Assembly (NCBI GenBank): GCA_964553615.1
Contig: CAZKMA010000021.1
Coordinates: forward strand, 4,402 to 68,401
Direction of reading: 5' to 3'
Source of the DNA: an uncultured Spirochaetales bacterium
GTDB lineage: Bacteria > Spirochaetota > Spirochaetia > DSM-27196 > DATKUC01
Length of the DNA stretch: 64,000 nucleotides
Below are positions 9,374 to 18,685 of this stretch, in pieces. How positions within the stretch are numbered: the stretch's first letter is position 1; each line of letters begins with the position of its first letter. The translations under genes and the position numbers were made by a program. The notes under the pieces are model-generated. The model was not told the DNA's origin. It was given only the letters and a program-made list of their open reading frames with translations, and made no database searches.

Positions 9374-9880
9374 ATGAACTGTGAAGATGTACGCGCCCTG
9401 TTTTTCGAACTCGACAAAGGCGAGTCCCTGCCCTCCGCAATACGTGAACACACCGAAACCTGCGAATCGTGCCGGTTGACGATTGCGCGCATGAGCAATG
9501 CAATGAACATGATGCCGGACCAGGTCGGCGCAGACTGGGCCGTGGATGAGCTGTTTGTTACGCATTTCACCGACTCGGTCATGGACATGGTGTATCAGGA
9601 GCGGTCCGCCGATGGCGCCGCGAAGCGCGCGTCCAACAGGTCTCTTGCGAGCTGGGTTGTGGCGGGAGTAATAATCCTCGCCGCAATGCCCCTCATCTCC
9701 TTCAGTAATTCATTCAGGTGGCTTTCCGGAGCCTACGGAAACAGACTCGATTTCCCCATCCACCTGATTTTCGGCATCATTGTCGCGGTGTACAGCTTGC
9801 TCTTCATCGGGTCCCATCTGAAGGAGATATCTCGCTGGCTCCACCTGAAGCCATACACGATATCATCGGAATCCAGCTGA
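9374..9880 (+). CDS. zinc-binding (HxxxCxxC) anti-sigma factor, membrane anchored
   Basis: Starts 1 nt after the sigma stop. The N-terminus MNCEDVRALFFELDKGE...EHTETCESC carries the ZAS-type H-x3-C-x2-C motif. C-terminal TM helices are present. Confidence 0.75.
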   Translation: MNCEDVRALFFELDKGESLPSAIREHTETCESCRLTIARMSNAMNMMPDQVGADWAVDELFVTHFTDSVMDMVYQERSADGAAKRASNRSLASWVVAGVIILAAMPLISFSNSFRWLSGAYGNRLDFPIHLIFGIIVAVYSLLFIGSHLKEISRWLHLKPYTISSESS

Positions 9881-9883
9881 CCC

Positions 9884-10732
9884 TCAGTGCGCACCGAAGA
9901 TGGATTCGAGGGCATTCCTCATGACACCGGCGTCGGCATCCGCGCCCGTCCAGTACTTGATTCCAATAATACCCTGATTCACGAGCATCTCGAGCCCGTC
10001 GATGACCGTGCATCCGCAGGAATCCGCCGCCTGAATCAGGTTGGTACGTGGCGGGTTCGGAATCACGTCCGAAACGACCATCCGCTGTTTCAACGATTCG
10101 AAAGCAATGTCCAGGTGCGCATCGCCGTCCGGATACAGTCCGATGGAAGTTGCGTTAATCACGACATCGCAGACGTCCGGAACTGCAAAGGTGTGGTCCC
10201 AGACGACCAGTTCGGCAGCCACATTCAGCTTTCTCGCAAGCAGATCCACCAGTTCCTCACCGCGTTTTCTGGTCCGATTCACCACGGTAATATGCGCGGC
10301 GCCCGCGAGGGCAAGTTCAACCGCAATTGCGCGGGCCGCACCGCCTGCCCCGAACAGGACCACTCTCTTCCCGCGTGGACTCGTGCGCGACTCCAGGGCG
10401 CGCAGAAAACCCTTACCGTCGGTATTTTCCCCAATGAGTGAGTTTCCCCGGCGGACCACGCAGTTCACTGCACCCATCACCTGTGCCGATTCTCCGAGCC
10501 CATCAAGATGCTCTATTACCGAAATCTTGTGCGGGATGGTGCAGTTGAAGCCGGCGAATCCCATTGCTCGTGCCCCTCGAACTGCAGTCCCCAGATCCGA
10601 CGGGTCCACCTCTATTGTGAGGTATCGCCAATCCAGGCCCAGGTGCCGATATGCCGCCTCCACCATTGGTTGTGTCGGGTTCTCGGCCACCGGTTTACCG
10701 AAGACTGCGGTCAGTTCCTGTTTGAAGTTCAT
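9884..10732 (-). CDS. aroE: shikimate dehydrogenase
   Basis: MNFKQELTAVFGKPVAENPTQPMVEAAYRHLGL...FNCTIPHK...NTDGKGF...VLFGAGGAARAIA matches AroE. The ATG at 10732 is chosen. The 440-aa track ORF runs upstream across the DRTGG gene and is not credible. Confidence 0.9.
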   Translation of the reverse strand: MNFKQELTAVFGKPVAENPTQPMVEAAYRHLGLDWRYLTIEVDPSDLGTAVRGARAMGFAGFNCTIPHKISVIEHLDGLGESAQVMGAVNCVVRRGNSLIGENTDGKGFLRALESRTSPRGKRVVLFGAGGAARAIAVELALAGAAHITVVNRTRKRGEELVDLLARKLNVAAELVVWDHTFAVPDVCDVVINATSIGLYPDGDAHLDIAFESLKQRMVVSDVIPNPPRTNLIQAADSCGCTVIDGLEMLVNQGIIGIKYWTGADADAGVMRNALESIFGAH

Positions 10733-10802
10733 GTGAGTTCCCCCTTCGTCATTGTAACGGGGGTATGGTCTGCTGTACCATTGTCGCTTACAGAGGTCAA
10801 AT

Positions 10803-11144
10803 GTGAATATCGAAGACATCATACAGGCGGTCGACGGCAGCGTGATCTGTGGTGCCGGCTCTCCGGCTACGGTACAGTACGGCTTCGCGTCCGACCTGAT
10901 GAGCGATGTCCTGACCATCACCGCAGACAGCGTGCTCCTCATTACCGGACTCGCATCCATCCAGACAATCCGTACCGCCATTGTTGCTGATATCGGATCT
11001 ATCCTCTTTGTCCGCAACAAGCGCGTAACCTCAGACATGAGCGACCTCGCAGCCGAAAACGGCCTTATTCTCATTTCAACAACCGCTTCCATGTTCAAAT
11101 CCAGCGGCATCCTCTTTGCCCGTGGATTGAAGCCGGTATATTGA
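10803..11144 (+). CDS. small DRTGG-domain protein
   Basis: GTG start. ...GFASDLMSDVLTITADSVLLITGLASIQTIRTAIVADIGSILFVRNKRV...LILISTTASMFKSSGILFARGL matches the ~110-aa stand-alone DRTGG proteins of anaerobes. Confidence 0.7.
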   Translation: MNIEDIIQAVDGSVICGAGSPATVQYGFASDLMSDVLTITADSVLLITGLASIQTIRTAIVADIGSILFVRNKRVTSDMSDLAAENGLILISTTASMFKSSGILFARGLKPVY

Positions 11145-11265
11145 ACTTTACCTCCTGATCCGGGAGGCAAGACGGAGAAGTCAGCCATAGTGCCCAAAAT
11201 CCTCACTAAATGCGTTAGAATTTATGCGCACAACACGACTTTCATGTTGATAGGAGGAGTAGACT

Positions 11266-12966
11266 ATGAAACGAATCGCAGTGCTGTTGTTCTGTTTGGT
11301 TGCGCTGTCGTTTTCGTCCTTCGCCCAGGCGAACGGCTCGTCCGACATCACCAATTTCGCACTCGACTGGGGAGTAAACAGTGCAAACTCAGTGCTTCCC
11401 TTGCCGGAGACGGCGTACAGTTATCTCTATCCGGAGACAGCGTACCGCTACAATCCGAGCGTTCTTACCGATGTGAGGCGCGTGTACATCATGCCACATG
11501 TATACCTATCCGCGAATCACAATCAGCCCACCTACACCCGGCGCGATGCCACGATCGGCGCTCTCGGGGGCACTGAGACCACCACCAGCACCGGCCGGCA
11601 AATCGTACCGGATGCAACAGCCTTCATGCCGATCAGCAGTACGATATTTTCCGGGATCTCGGCCAGTTATACGAACAGAGGCGGAGAGACTACCGTGGTA
11701 GACGACCGGTACACTTCTGCCACGTCGAGCATTACCACCGTAAGCGGGAAGTCGCTTACCAGCGGATTCTCCGTACAGCCGTACTTCGCAGCAAAGCTCA
11801 GCGGTCTTGACATCGGTTTTTCGCCGCTGGTGGTCTACCAGAACTCCCCCGGGGACAAGGTGTTCAATACAACAACCGATGCCGCGGCGAATGGCGGGAA
11901 GACCTACTACACTGCCGGTGCAGGGGCAAGCCACCCGACAAGCACAAATATTCAACTCTCTGGAACCATCGGTGCCCGGAAGAGGACGGATGCACTGGAC
12001 ATCGGACTCGCATTCAATGCATCCTACCGCAGCTCCGACAAATCCAGTGTGTGGTATGCGGCAGATACCACCGGGAACACCTTTGCGGATACGATTGTGA
12101 CGGGTCAGAGTTACTACACGAACACGACGTGGGGTCTGGGAAATGCAGCATACGCCAATATGGACAAGGGAACATCCCTGAGTCTTGCGGTAACCCCGAG
12201 TGTTGTTTACACGGTGTCACCCGCGCTGAAGATCATCGGGATGGTGCAGTGGCAACCATACAACACGGTCCGGACACAGCAGTACCTGCGCACGACGGCG
12301 ACCGACAGGAGTGATTATCAGGAACACCAGACCTACGGTTTGTTGAACCTTGTTGCGGTGGGCGGCATCGAGGTCGTTCCGTTCGGCGGTGCGTCTCTCC
12401 GCGTGGGAATTGGATATACCTCCAGTAACTGGGAGAATCTGATCGCCGTTCAGACCAGCGCGGCGGGAACAAGTACGTTGACCGCGGGCAATCCCGGTTA
12501 TCCGGAGTTTGCACTCGGTGCGCAACCCGACAATCAGGTCGTTCAGAACGCGGGCAACTCAGATGCGTACGCGTCCAATGCAATTCTCCTTCTGACCGGA
12601 TTCCGGTGGGACATTACGCCGCGAATTACCGTCTTCAGCCGACTGGGAGCGACCCTCGAGTTCAAGAAAATCATCTATCGCGTCTTCAACACGAGCGACA
12701 ACAAAGTGTGGGAGGAGGTTTCTCCGTCAACTGATTTCTCGCTCGGTGCCGACCCTCTGCTTGGTGTTGCGGTGAAGATATCGGACAATGCTATCATTTC
12801 TCTCAGCGCACCAAGTGGCACGGGGAATATTTCAGTCTCGAGTCAGACGATCGGAGACGGCATTCCGCAGACGGGGGGAACCGCGACGACGACGACCACG
12901 ATCGACAGCACGACCTCCAGGAGTGGCGACTTTACCGTAGACTTGAACTTCATTCTCGGACTCTGA
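11266..12966 (+). CDS. secreted outer-membrane beta-barrel/porin-like protein (566 aa)
   Basis: Signal peptide MKRIAVLLFCLVALSFSSFAQA. The protein is rich in Thr/Ser/Gly/Asn/Tyr with alternating amphipathic stretches and no long hydrophobic helices. The family is not identified. Confidence 0.6.
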   Translation: MKRIAVLLFCLVALSFSSFAQANGSSDITNFALDWGVNSANSVLPLPETAYSYLYPETAYRYNPSVLTDVRRVYIMPHVYLSANHNQPTYTRRDATIGALGGTETTTSTGRQIVPDATAFMPISSTIFSGISASYTNRGGETTVVDDRYTSATSSITTVSGKSLTSGFSVQPYFAAKLSGLDIGFSPLVVYQNSPGDKVFNTTTDAAANGGKTYYTAGAGASHPTSTNIQLSGTIGARKRTDALDIGLAFNASYRSSDKSSVWYAADTTGNTFADTIVTGQSYYTNTTWGLGNAAYANMDKGTSLSLAVTPSVVYTVSPALKIIGMVQWQPYNTVRTQQYLRTTATDRSDYQEHQTYGLLNLVAVGGIEVVPFGGASLRVGIGYTSSNWENLIAVQTSAAGTSTLTAGNPGYPEFALGAQPDNQVVQNAGNSDAYASNAILLLTGFRWDITPRITVFSRLGATLEFKKIIYRVFNTSDNKVWEEVSPSTDFSLGADPLLGVAVKISDNAIISLSAPSGTGNISVSSQTIGDGIPQTGGTATTTTTIDSTTSRSGDFTVDLNFILGL

Positions 12967-12985
12967 AGCGGACATATGTTGCCGG

Positions 12986-13017
12986 AGCCTGTTCCCACGC
13001 GGGACAGGCTTTCTTCC
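12986..13017 (+). terminator. Rho-independent terminator after the OMP gene
   Basis: Stem agcctgt(t)ccc / gggacaggct with loop acgc, followed by the T-rich ttcttcc. Confidence 0.55.
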
Positions 13018-13069
13018 GTGACATATCCTTTCTTTGGGTGTAGTATTTTTACCAACCGGGGGGTGAAGG

Positions 13070-13552
13070 GTGAAAACGAGGTTTCTTGGACTCCTGCTTC
13101 TGGCGTTGAGCGCAGGAGTGGCGTTCGCACAGTCCGAAATGAGTGTCACCGTCAAGGAGACTCAGGTAAGGGATCGTCCGTCTTTTCTCGCAAAAAGCGT
13201 GGCGAAGGTTGCATACGGCGACAGGCTTACGGTGATGAGCAAGCGGAGCGGCTGGGTTCAGGTCAAGGTGCCTGCAAACGGCATGGAAGGCTGGGTCAGC
13301 GCGTCCGCGCTCACGGAAAAAAAGATAGTCTTTCAGGCCGGGGCGTCGAACGTCGACAAGACTGCGTCGAGCAGTGAGGTCGCACTTGCCGGTCGGGGAT
13401 TCAACAAAGAGGTCGAGGCGAAGTATAAGTCGGCCAACGATCTGGACTACACGTGGGTTGACCGGATGGAAACCTTCGGTGAGCCGACGAGCGCACTGGT
13501 GGCATTTATGGAGGCAGCAGGTCTCCATTACGGAAACGGGGGTGACAAATGA
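13070..13552 (+). CDS. secreted bacterial SH3 (SH3b) domain protein
   Basis: GTG start and signal peptide MKTRFLGLLLLALSAGVAFAQ. The SH3_3-like core is VRDRPSFLAKSVAKVAYGDRLTVMSKRSGWVQVKVPANGMEGWVSASAL. Confidence 0.7.
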   Translation: MKTRFLGLLLLALSAGVAFAQSEMSVTVKETQVRDRPSFLAKSVAKVAYGDRLTVMSKRSGWVQVKVPANGMEGWVSASALTEKKIVFQAGASNVDKTASSSEVALAGRGFNKEVEAKYKSANDLDYTWVDRMETFGEPTSALVAFMEAAGLHYGNGGDK

Positions 13553-14487
13553 AAAGGCTGCGTCCTCTTGGTTCCCGTCATGGCCGGCCGGTCGTTCTCT
13601 TTGGGATTGCCGCGGTGATAGTCTTGGCGCTTGGCAGTTGCACGAGTTTTTCGCTCGGCAACATTGGATCGCGAATTGTGTCCGGCGATATTACGCAGGA
13701 GCAGGCGAGCTCGGTGCAGAAGACCGTGACCGCAGTACAGAAGAGTACCGAGGATATTACGCCCGAGCAGGAATACTACATCGGGCGCGCCGTTGGTGCG
13801 GTTATCCTCCGGAAGTACAAACCCTATGACGATCCAAAGGCAGATACCTATATCAACACCCTTGGACAGGCCCTCTCGCTCGTTTCGGATCGCCCCGAAT
13901 TGTACCTCGGGTACCGATTTCTCATCCTGGACTCCAACGACATCAACGCGCTTTCCACGCCGAGTGGATTGGTTTTCATAACGCGCGGTCTGCTCAGGCT
14001 CGCTCACACGGAGGCCGGTGTTGCCGCGATCCTTGCGCATGAGATCGGTCACATAGAGGACAAGGATGCTATCAAGGCTATCAAGACCTCCCGCGTAACC
14101 GCGGCGCTGACGAATGCCGCAATTACGACCGCGCAGTTTGCCACCAGCCAGGACGTGGCAAAGCTCACATCGGTGTTCAGCGATTCAATCAACGACATAA
14201 CACAGAAGCTCGTGAACAGCGGTTATTCCCGGGGCGCGGAGCTGGAGGCCGACCATCAGGCGGTCCGGATTCTCGAGCGAGCGGGCTATGATCCGCACGC
14301 GCTTATCGATGTGCTCGAGCAGATGAAGACCCACCTGAAACCGGGTGGTCTGGACTTTGCGAAAACCCACCCGAGCCCGGATGTGCGCATAGAAGCTGCA
14401 CAGAAAGATATCGGTAATTATGTCGCGCCGGGGTACGACAGCACGGTGACTCGAAAACGGTTTGAAGCAGCAATGAACGGCATCTGA
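13549..14487 (+). CDS. M48 family zinc metallopeptidase, lipoprotein
   Basis: Overlaps the SH3b gene by 4 nt (ATGA). It has a lipobox-like LALGSC and the HExxH motif in AILAHEIGHIEDKD, plus a downstream E (GAELEAD). The architecture is Ste24/BepA-like. Confidence 0.85.
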   Translation: MKRLRPLGSRHGRPVVLFGIAAVIVLALGSCTSFSLGNIGSRIVSGDITQEQASSVQKTVTAVQKSTEDITPEQEYYIGRAVGAVILRKYKPYDDPKADTYINTLGQALSLVSDRPELYLGYRFLILDSNDINALSTPSGLVFITRGLLRLAHTEAGVAAILAHEIGHIEDKDAIKAIKTSRVTAALTNAAITTAQFATSQDVAKLTSVFSDSINDITQKLVNSGYSRGAELEADHQAVRILERAGYDPHALIDVLEQMKTHLKPGGLDFAKTHPSPDVRIEAAQKDIGNYVAPGYDSTVTRKRFEAAMNGI

Positions 14488-14501
14488 TTCGAGGTGGGCG
14501 T

Positions 14502-16679
14502 ATGATGGAAAAAGGCGCGGCTATGCGACCCCGGCTTCTCCGCGGTGTTCTTATTGGAGCCGGGGCGGGAATCCTTGCGATCATTATCTGGTTGAGCGGA
14601 ATCCTTGCCGGTTTCGAATCACCGACCTGGGATGCGCGGGTCAGAATGTTCGCTCACCCCGATGCGGCAACGAGCCAGGTCGTTCTGATTCTGCTGGATC
14701 AGAACAGTTTCGACTGGGGCAAGAGCACGAACGGCTGGTCGTGGCCATGGCCACGCGAAGTCTACGGCGCAATTGTGGATTTCTGTAACCGTGCAGGTGC
14801 AAAGTCACTCGCGTTCGACGTGCTCATCGCCGATCCATCGTCCTACGGCGTTGCAGACGATCAGGCACTCGGAGCGTCGATCAAGGATTACGGTCGGTTC
14901 GTCGCAGCCGCGTTCCCGGGAAATGAAAAGGGAGGCGCCACCGCGTGGCCGAGTGGAGTACCGGTTCCGGGTCTCTCCGTCAACGGACTGCAAAGCTGGC
15001 TTTCCCCGTCCATTCAACCTGTGCTCCGTGACCCCTATGTCCTGTTTCCTATTCCTGAGATGGCGCGAAATAGCCGCATGCTGGGTGCCGCAAGCTTCAC
15101 GAAGGACCCCGACGGTGTGTACCGTCGCGGGAGACTCTTCACCCTCTTCGACGGGCGGGTCGTTCCTTCGATTGCTCTTGCCATGTACGCGGCGGCGGAC
15201 TCTTCCGTTCCACAGATCTCGATTCGTCCGGGGACCCTGGTGGTCGACGGCAGAAACATTCCGATCAACAGCACAGGGCAGGCTCTTCTGCATTATGTAA
15301 CCCGGACCAACACCCACAAGAGCTACTCCGCCGCGGCAATTATCCAGAGCGACATTCAGCTCCAATCGGGAGAAAAACCGAACATCGATCCGAAAGAGCT
15401 TGCAGGCAAGTATGTGCTGTTCGGGTTTTCCGCTCCCGGTCTGCTCGACCTCCGTCCTTCGCCGATCGATCCGATTGTTCCCGGTACCGAGATCCACGCG
15501 ACGATGCTCGACAATCTCCTGTCGAACTCGTTCATGCGCGACATGCCGGTCTGGGAGACCATGGCACTGTTTCTGCTCTTCGGAATAGCTGCCGGAGTAG
15601 CGGGATCGGTCGTCGCCGGTGTTGTTGCCACCCCACTGCTCTTTATCCTCGTACTCGCCGCGCCGGTTGGTCTGAGTTTTCTCTTTTACGGCGGCGGTGT
15701 GTGGATGCCGCTCATCGGGATGGAGCTCGGGGGCGTGCTCGCGCTCGTGGGTGCAAATGTCTTGAACTATGCCACCGAGGGGCGTCAGCGGCGCTACATC
15801 AAGAACGCGTTTCAGCAGTATCTGAGTCATGCAGTTATCGATCAGCTCATTGCCCATCCGGAACGCCTTACGCTTGGCGGTGAGCGTCGCGAGCTCTCGA
15901 TATTCTTTTCCGATCTGCAGGGATTCACCGGCATTTCCGAAGGTCTTTCGCCTGAAGAGCTCACCGCGCTCCTGAATGACTATCTTTCGGCAATGACCGA
16001 CATTATTCAGGAGGAGGGCGGCACCATCGACAAGTACGAGGGAGATGCCATTATCGCCTTCTGGAATGCTCCGGTACCTCAGGAAGACCACGCAATCCGG
16101 GCGGTTCGCGCTGCTCTCCGGTGTCAGGCGGCGCTCGCAGAGCTCAGGCCCGCATTCAGGGAGCGCGTGGGCAAGGACCTTTTCATGCGTGTGGGAATTA
16201 ACACCGGGCCCGCGGTCGTCGGAAATATGGGTTCTCACACCCGGTTCGATTACACGATGCTCGGTGACGCAGTGAACCTGGCGTCGAGGCTGGAAGGAAT
16301 CAACAAGCAGTTCGCCACCTACACCATGATATCTCAGGCAACTCTGAACGCCATAGACGGCGCGTTTCCCGCGCGCGAGCTTTCACGCGTAGCAGTGGTC
16401 GGGCGCAAGGAGCCGGTGGTCGTCTACGAGCCGATGTTCCAGGAGGAGTATGCGGCCGCCACGGAAAGTCTCGCCGCCTTTGCGGAAGCGCTTCCCCTGT
16501 TCTATGAAGGGCGTTTCCTCGAGGCGGCCGAAAAGTTCGAGGATTGCCCGGACACTGATCCCGCCGCGCGAATGTACGCGAAGAAATGCAGACAACTTGC
16601 CGAGCAATACGGCAGCACATCGACATCGGACGATCCGCCTTCCGACTGGACCGGCGTCTGGATCATGACGGAGAAGTAG
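14502..16679 (+). CDS. CHASE2 sensor domain-containing class III adenylate/guanylate cyclase
   Basis: An N-terminal TM is followed by a ~330-aa periplasmic region (CHASE2-like: ILLDQNSF...WPWPR), then three TM helices. The cyclase core follows (LSIFFSDLQGFTGISE...DKYEGDAIIAFWNAP...RVGINTGPAVVGNMGS..RFDYTMLGDAVNLASRLE). Confidence 0.9.
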   Translation: MMEKGAAMRPRLLRGVLIGAGAGILAIIIWLSGILAGFESPTWDARVRMFAHPDAATSQVVLILLDQNSFDWGKSTNGWSWPWPREVYGAIVDFCNRAGAKSLAFDVLIADPSSYGVADDQALGASIKDYGRFVAAAFPGNEKGGATAWPSGVPVPGLSVNGLQSWLSPSIQPVLRDPYVLFPIPEMARNSRMLGAASFTKDPDGVYRRGRLFTLFDGRVVPSIALAMYAAADSSVPQISIRPGTLVVDGRNIPINSTGQALLHYVTRTNTHKSYSAAAIIQSDIQLQSGEKPNIDPKELAGKYVLFGFSAPGLLDLRPSPIDPIVPGTEIHATMLDNLLSNSFMRDMPVWETMALFLLFGIAAGVAGSVVAGVVATPLLFILVLAAPVGLSFLFYGGGVWMPLIGMELGGVLALVGANVLNYATEGRQRRYIKNAFQQYLSHAVIDQLIAHPERLTLGGERRELSIFFSDLQGFTGISEGLSPEELTALLNDYLSAMTDIIQEEGGTIDKYEGDAIIAFWNAPVPQEDHAIRAVRAALRCQAALAELRPAFRERVGKDLFMRVGINTGPAVVGNMGSHTRFDYTMLGDAVNLASRLEGINKQFATYTMISQATLNAIDGAFPARELSRVAVVGRKEPVVVYEPMFQEEYAAATESLAAFAEALPLFYEGRFLEAAEKFEDCPDTDPAARMYAKKCRQLAEQYGSTSTSDDPPSDWTGVWIMTEK

Positions 16680-16684
16680 TCGGC

Positions 16685-18073
16685 ATGATCACATTTCTCC
16701 TGGACCGGATAGTCCGCGCAATGCAGGGCGGCGGAAATCCGTACGCGGTCTCTCTGATGAGCCGTGCAGGGCGGCGCGCCTGGTACCGAGGACGAACCGA
16801 GATTCAGGATTCCGAGACTGAATTCGGTGCGGGGCTGCTCTATCACCTCCAGGAGAAGAGGCTCGTCCCGTCCATGCGATGGGCGGCGACCCATTCGCCT
16901 TACTACCGTGAGCTGTTCGCCCAAAATCACGTAACCCCGCGGGATATCCGCTCGATCGCCGATCTTCGCGCTCTTCCGTTTACAGAACGCGAGCACCTTG
17001 CGGAATGGAGACGATTTCTCGCGGTACCCGAAGGTGAGGTGTACCGTATTGTCACCTCTGCCGGTACCCGCGGAACCGCCCGGACCACAGCCTTCACCGC
17101 GGCGGACTGGCATCGGGTCTGTTCCGCCCGTTCCGTTGCAATCGGGAGCCTGCTTCCGCGATCGGTCTGGCACCACGGCCGACCAAAGGCGCTCTTGATT
17201 TCTCAACCCGCCATACCCATGTGGGCGGACGCGGAATCTACCGCCGATGCCCTCAGACTGCTCGGATTCGACGTGCTGACCGTGCCGGATTCTGAGCCGG
17301 AGGAGGCCGTGCGCTGGATAGTGGATTTCGAACCGCCCGTAATTGCCGGGACGCCTCTTTCTCTGTGGAGCACTGCCCGCTGTGCGTCGGAGGTTCGCGC
17401 TTCCTTCAAACCTTCGCTTATCCTCGGACTCGGTGAACACGCGACACCTGCGGTTCGTGCACAGACCGAGTCTCAGTGGGGTCTGGCGCCCGTGGAAGGG
17501 TACGGAAGCGCTGAAATTGGCGGAATCCAGACCATATCCCTTCCGAACTGCCGTGGTGTTCATCTGAATGGTCTCGACTTCATTTGTGAAGTGATAGATC
17601 CCGACACGGGAGAGGCGGCTCCACTCGGCGAACTGGTCATTACGACCATGCTCCGGAAGGCTATGCCCCTGATCCGTTACCGTACCGGGGACACGGTTCG
17701 CCTTGTGCAGCACAATTGCAGGGTTCCATTTCCGTCAGTCGAGATTGTCGGCGACGACGATTCGCTCCTCTGGGGAGGGGTGCGTATCTCCGCATCCGAG
17801 CTCGTTGCGCGGCTTCAAACGCAGATCGGTTTCGCCGGAAAACTGGAATTGACGGCGGAATGGGTGGATGGCCGGGAACTTCTGACCTGCACCGTGGAGG
17901 GAGATCCTGATGAGCGTGGCGCGGCAGAACGCGTTCGAGCCGGAATAGAAGCAGCGTATCCGGGGATATCGGAAGACCGCCGGGAAGAGTCGAGATTCGA
18001 AGTCCGGGTGAGAGATCAGTTGCGGAGCCAGGTGAAATCCTACCGTATTCGGGATTTCAGATCGTTGCAATAG
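16685..18073 (+). CDS. adenylate-forming enzyme, phenylacetate-CoA ligase/coenzyme F390 synthetase-like
   Basis: PaaK-like order of motifs (HSPYYRELF...DIRSIADLRALPFTEREHL...YRIVTSAGTRGTARTTAFT...EGYGSAE...YRTGD). The P-loop is atypical, with TRGTAR where TTGKPK is expected. The ATG at 16685 lies 5 nt after the cyclase stop. Confidence 0.7.
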   Translation: MITFLLDRIVRAMQGGGNPYAVSLMSRAGRRAWYRGRTEIQDSETEFGAGLLYHLQEKRLVPSMRWAATHSPYYRELFAQNHVTPRDIRSIADLRALPFTEREHLAEWRRFLAVPEGEVYRIVTSAGTRGTARTTAFTAADWHRVCSARSVAIGSLLPRSVWHHGRPKALLISQPAIPMWADAESTADALRLLGFDVLTVPDSEPEEAVRWIVDFEPPVIAGTPLSLWSTARCASEVRASFKPSLILGLGEHATPAVRAQTESQWGLAPVEGYGSAEIGGIQTISLPNCRGVHLNGLDFICEVIDPDTGEAAPLGELVITTMLRKAMPLIRYRTGDTVRLVQHNCRVPFPSVEIVGDDDSLLWGGVRISASELVARLQTQIGFAGKLELTAEWVDGRELLTCTVEGDPDERGAAERVRAGIEAAYPGISEDRREESRFEVRVRDQLRSQVKSYRIRDFRSLQ

Positions 18074-18084
18074 AGGAGGATGCG

Positions 18085-18684
18085 GTGGACGCAGCAAAGA
18101 GTGTTCTCCTTTTCTCGAGCGGCATCCGTTACCCCAGCCCGTTTGCACGGCTTCAGCTTGCTCGGATCATATCCTCAATGGAGGCTGTTTCAGTACGGAA
18201 GACCTCGCGTCTCGATCGTCTCGGGCGGCTCGAAACAGCGGATACACCCGGAGTAGTGCTGCACGTCGGACACTCAACGCCGAACCAGGGAAACGGAGAT
18301 GCAGAGGCATTCATTGACGACTATCTGTTGCAGGGGGGTGGTGTTCTTGTTGTTGGAGGATCCGCTGCACCGAACGTCGATTCAAAAACTACCATACGGC
18401 AGGCGATACTCGTGCACCAGATCAACGAGTTTTCGCGAGTGTTCGATCAGACTGCAGACTTCACCATTGAGGAGACGCTCGTTCCCGCGATTTCCGGGAT
18501 CTCATACGATGTTCATTTCGCGGGATTCGACGCAACCGGAAACAGCGTTCCTGCGGTCTGGACCCGCTATCGCGGCAAAGGACGAATGTGCGGGATCGCA
18601 TTCGGAAACCGATCCGTAACCCTCAGGAACCCGCAGGTGCGAGGCATTATTCATCAGGCACTCAGATGGATGCTCATGACCTGA
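18085..18684 (+). CDS. hypothetical protein, possibly ThuA-like/class-I amidotransferase-like fold
   Basis: GTG preceded by GAGGAGGA. It is the last gene of the operon. Only weak resemblance (VLLFSSG...GGGVLVVGG...KGRMCGIAFGN) supports the fold suggestion. Confidence 0.5.
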   Translation: MDAAKSVLLFSSGIRYPSPFARLQLARIISSMEAVSVRKTSRLDRLGRLETADTPGVVLHVGHSTPNQGNGDAEAFIDDYLLQGGGVLVVGGSAAPNVDSKTTIRQAILVHQINEFSRVFDQTADFTIEETLVPAISGISYDVHFAGFDATGNSVPAVWTRYRGKGRMCGIAFGNRSVTLRNPQVRGIIHQALRWMLMT

Positions 18685-18685
18685 A

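Noticed and set aside
10733-11206. N-terminal 158-aa extension of the aroE ORF (track ORF 9884-11206)
   Set aside because: The extension has no AroE similarity and overlaps the opposite-strand DRTGG gene. A canonical AroE N-terminus starts at the internal ATG at 10732.
14805-17713. 477-aa and 403-aa minus-strand ORFs (14805-16238 and 16502-17713)
   Set aside because: They are antisense to the CHASE2 cyclase and PaaK-like genes, both of which carry unambiguous motifs. The translations are low-complexity and Arg-rich with no RBS context.
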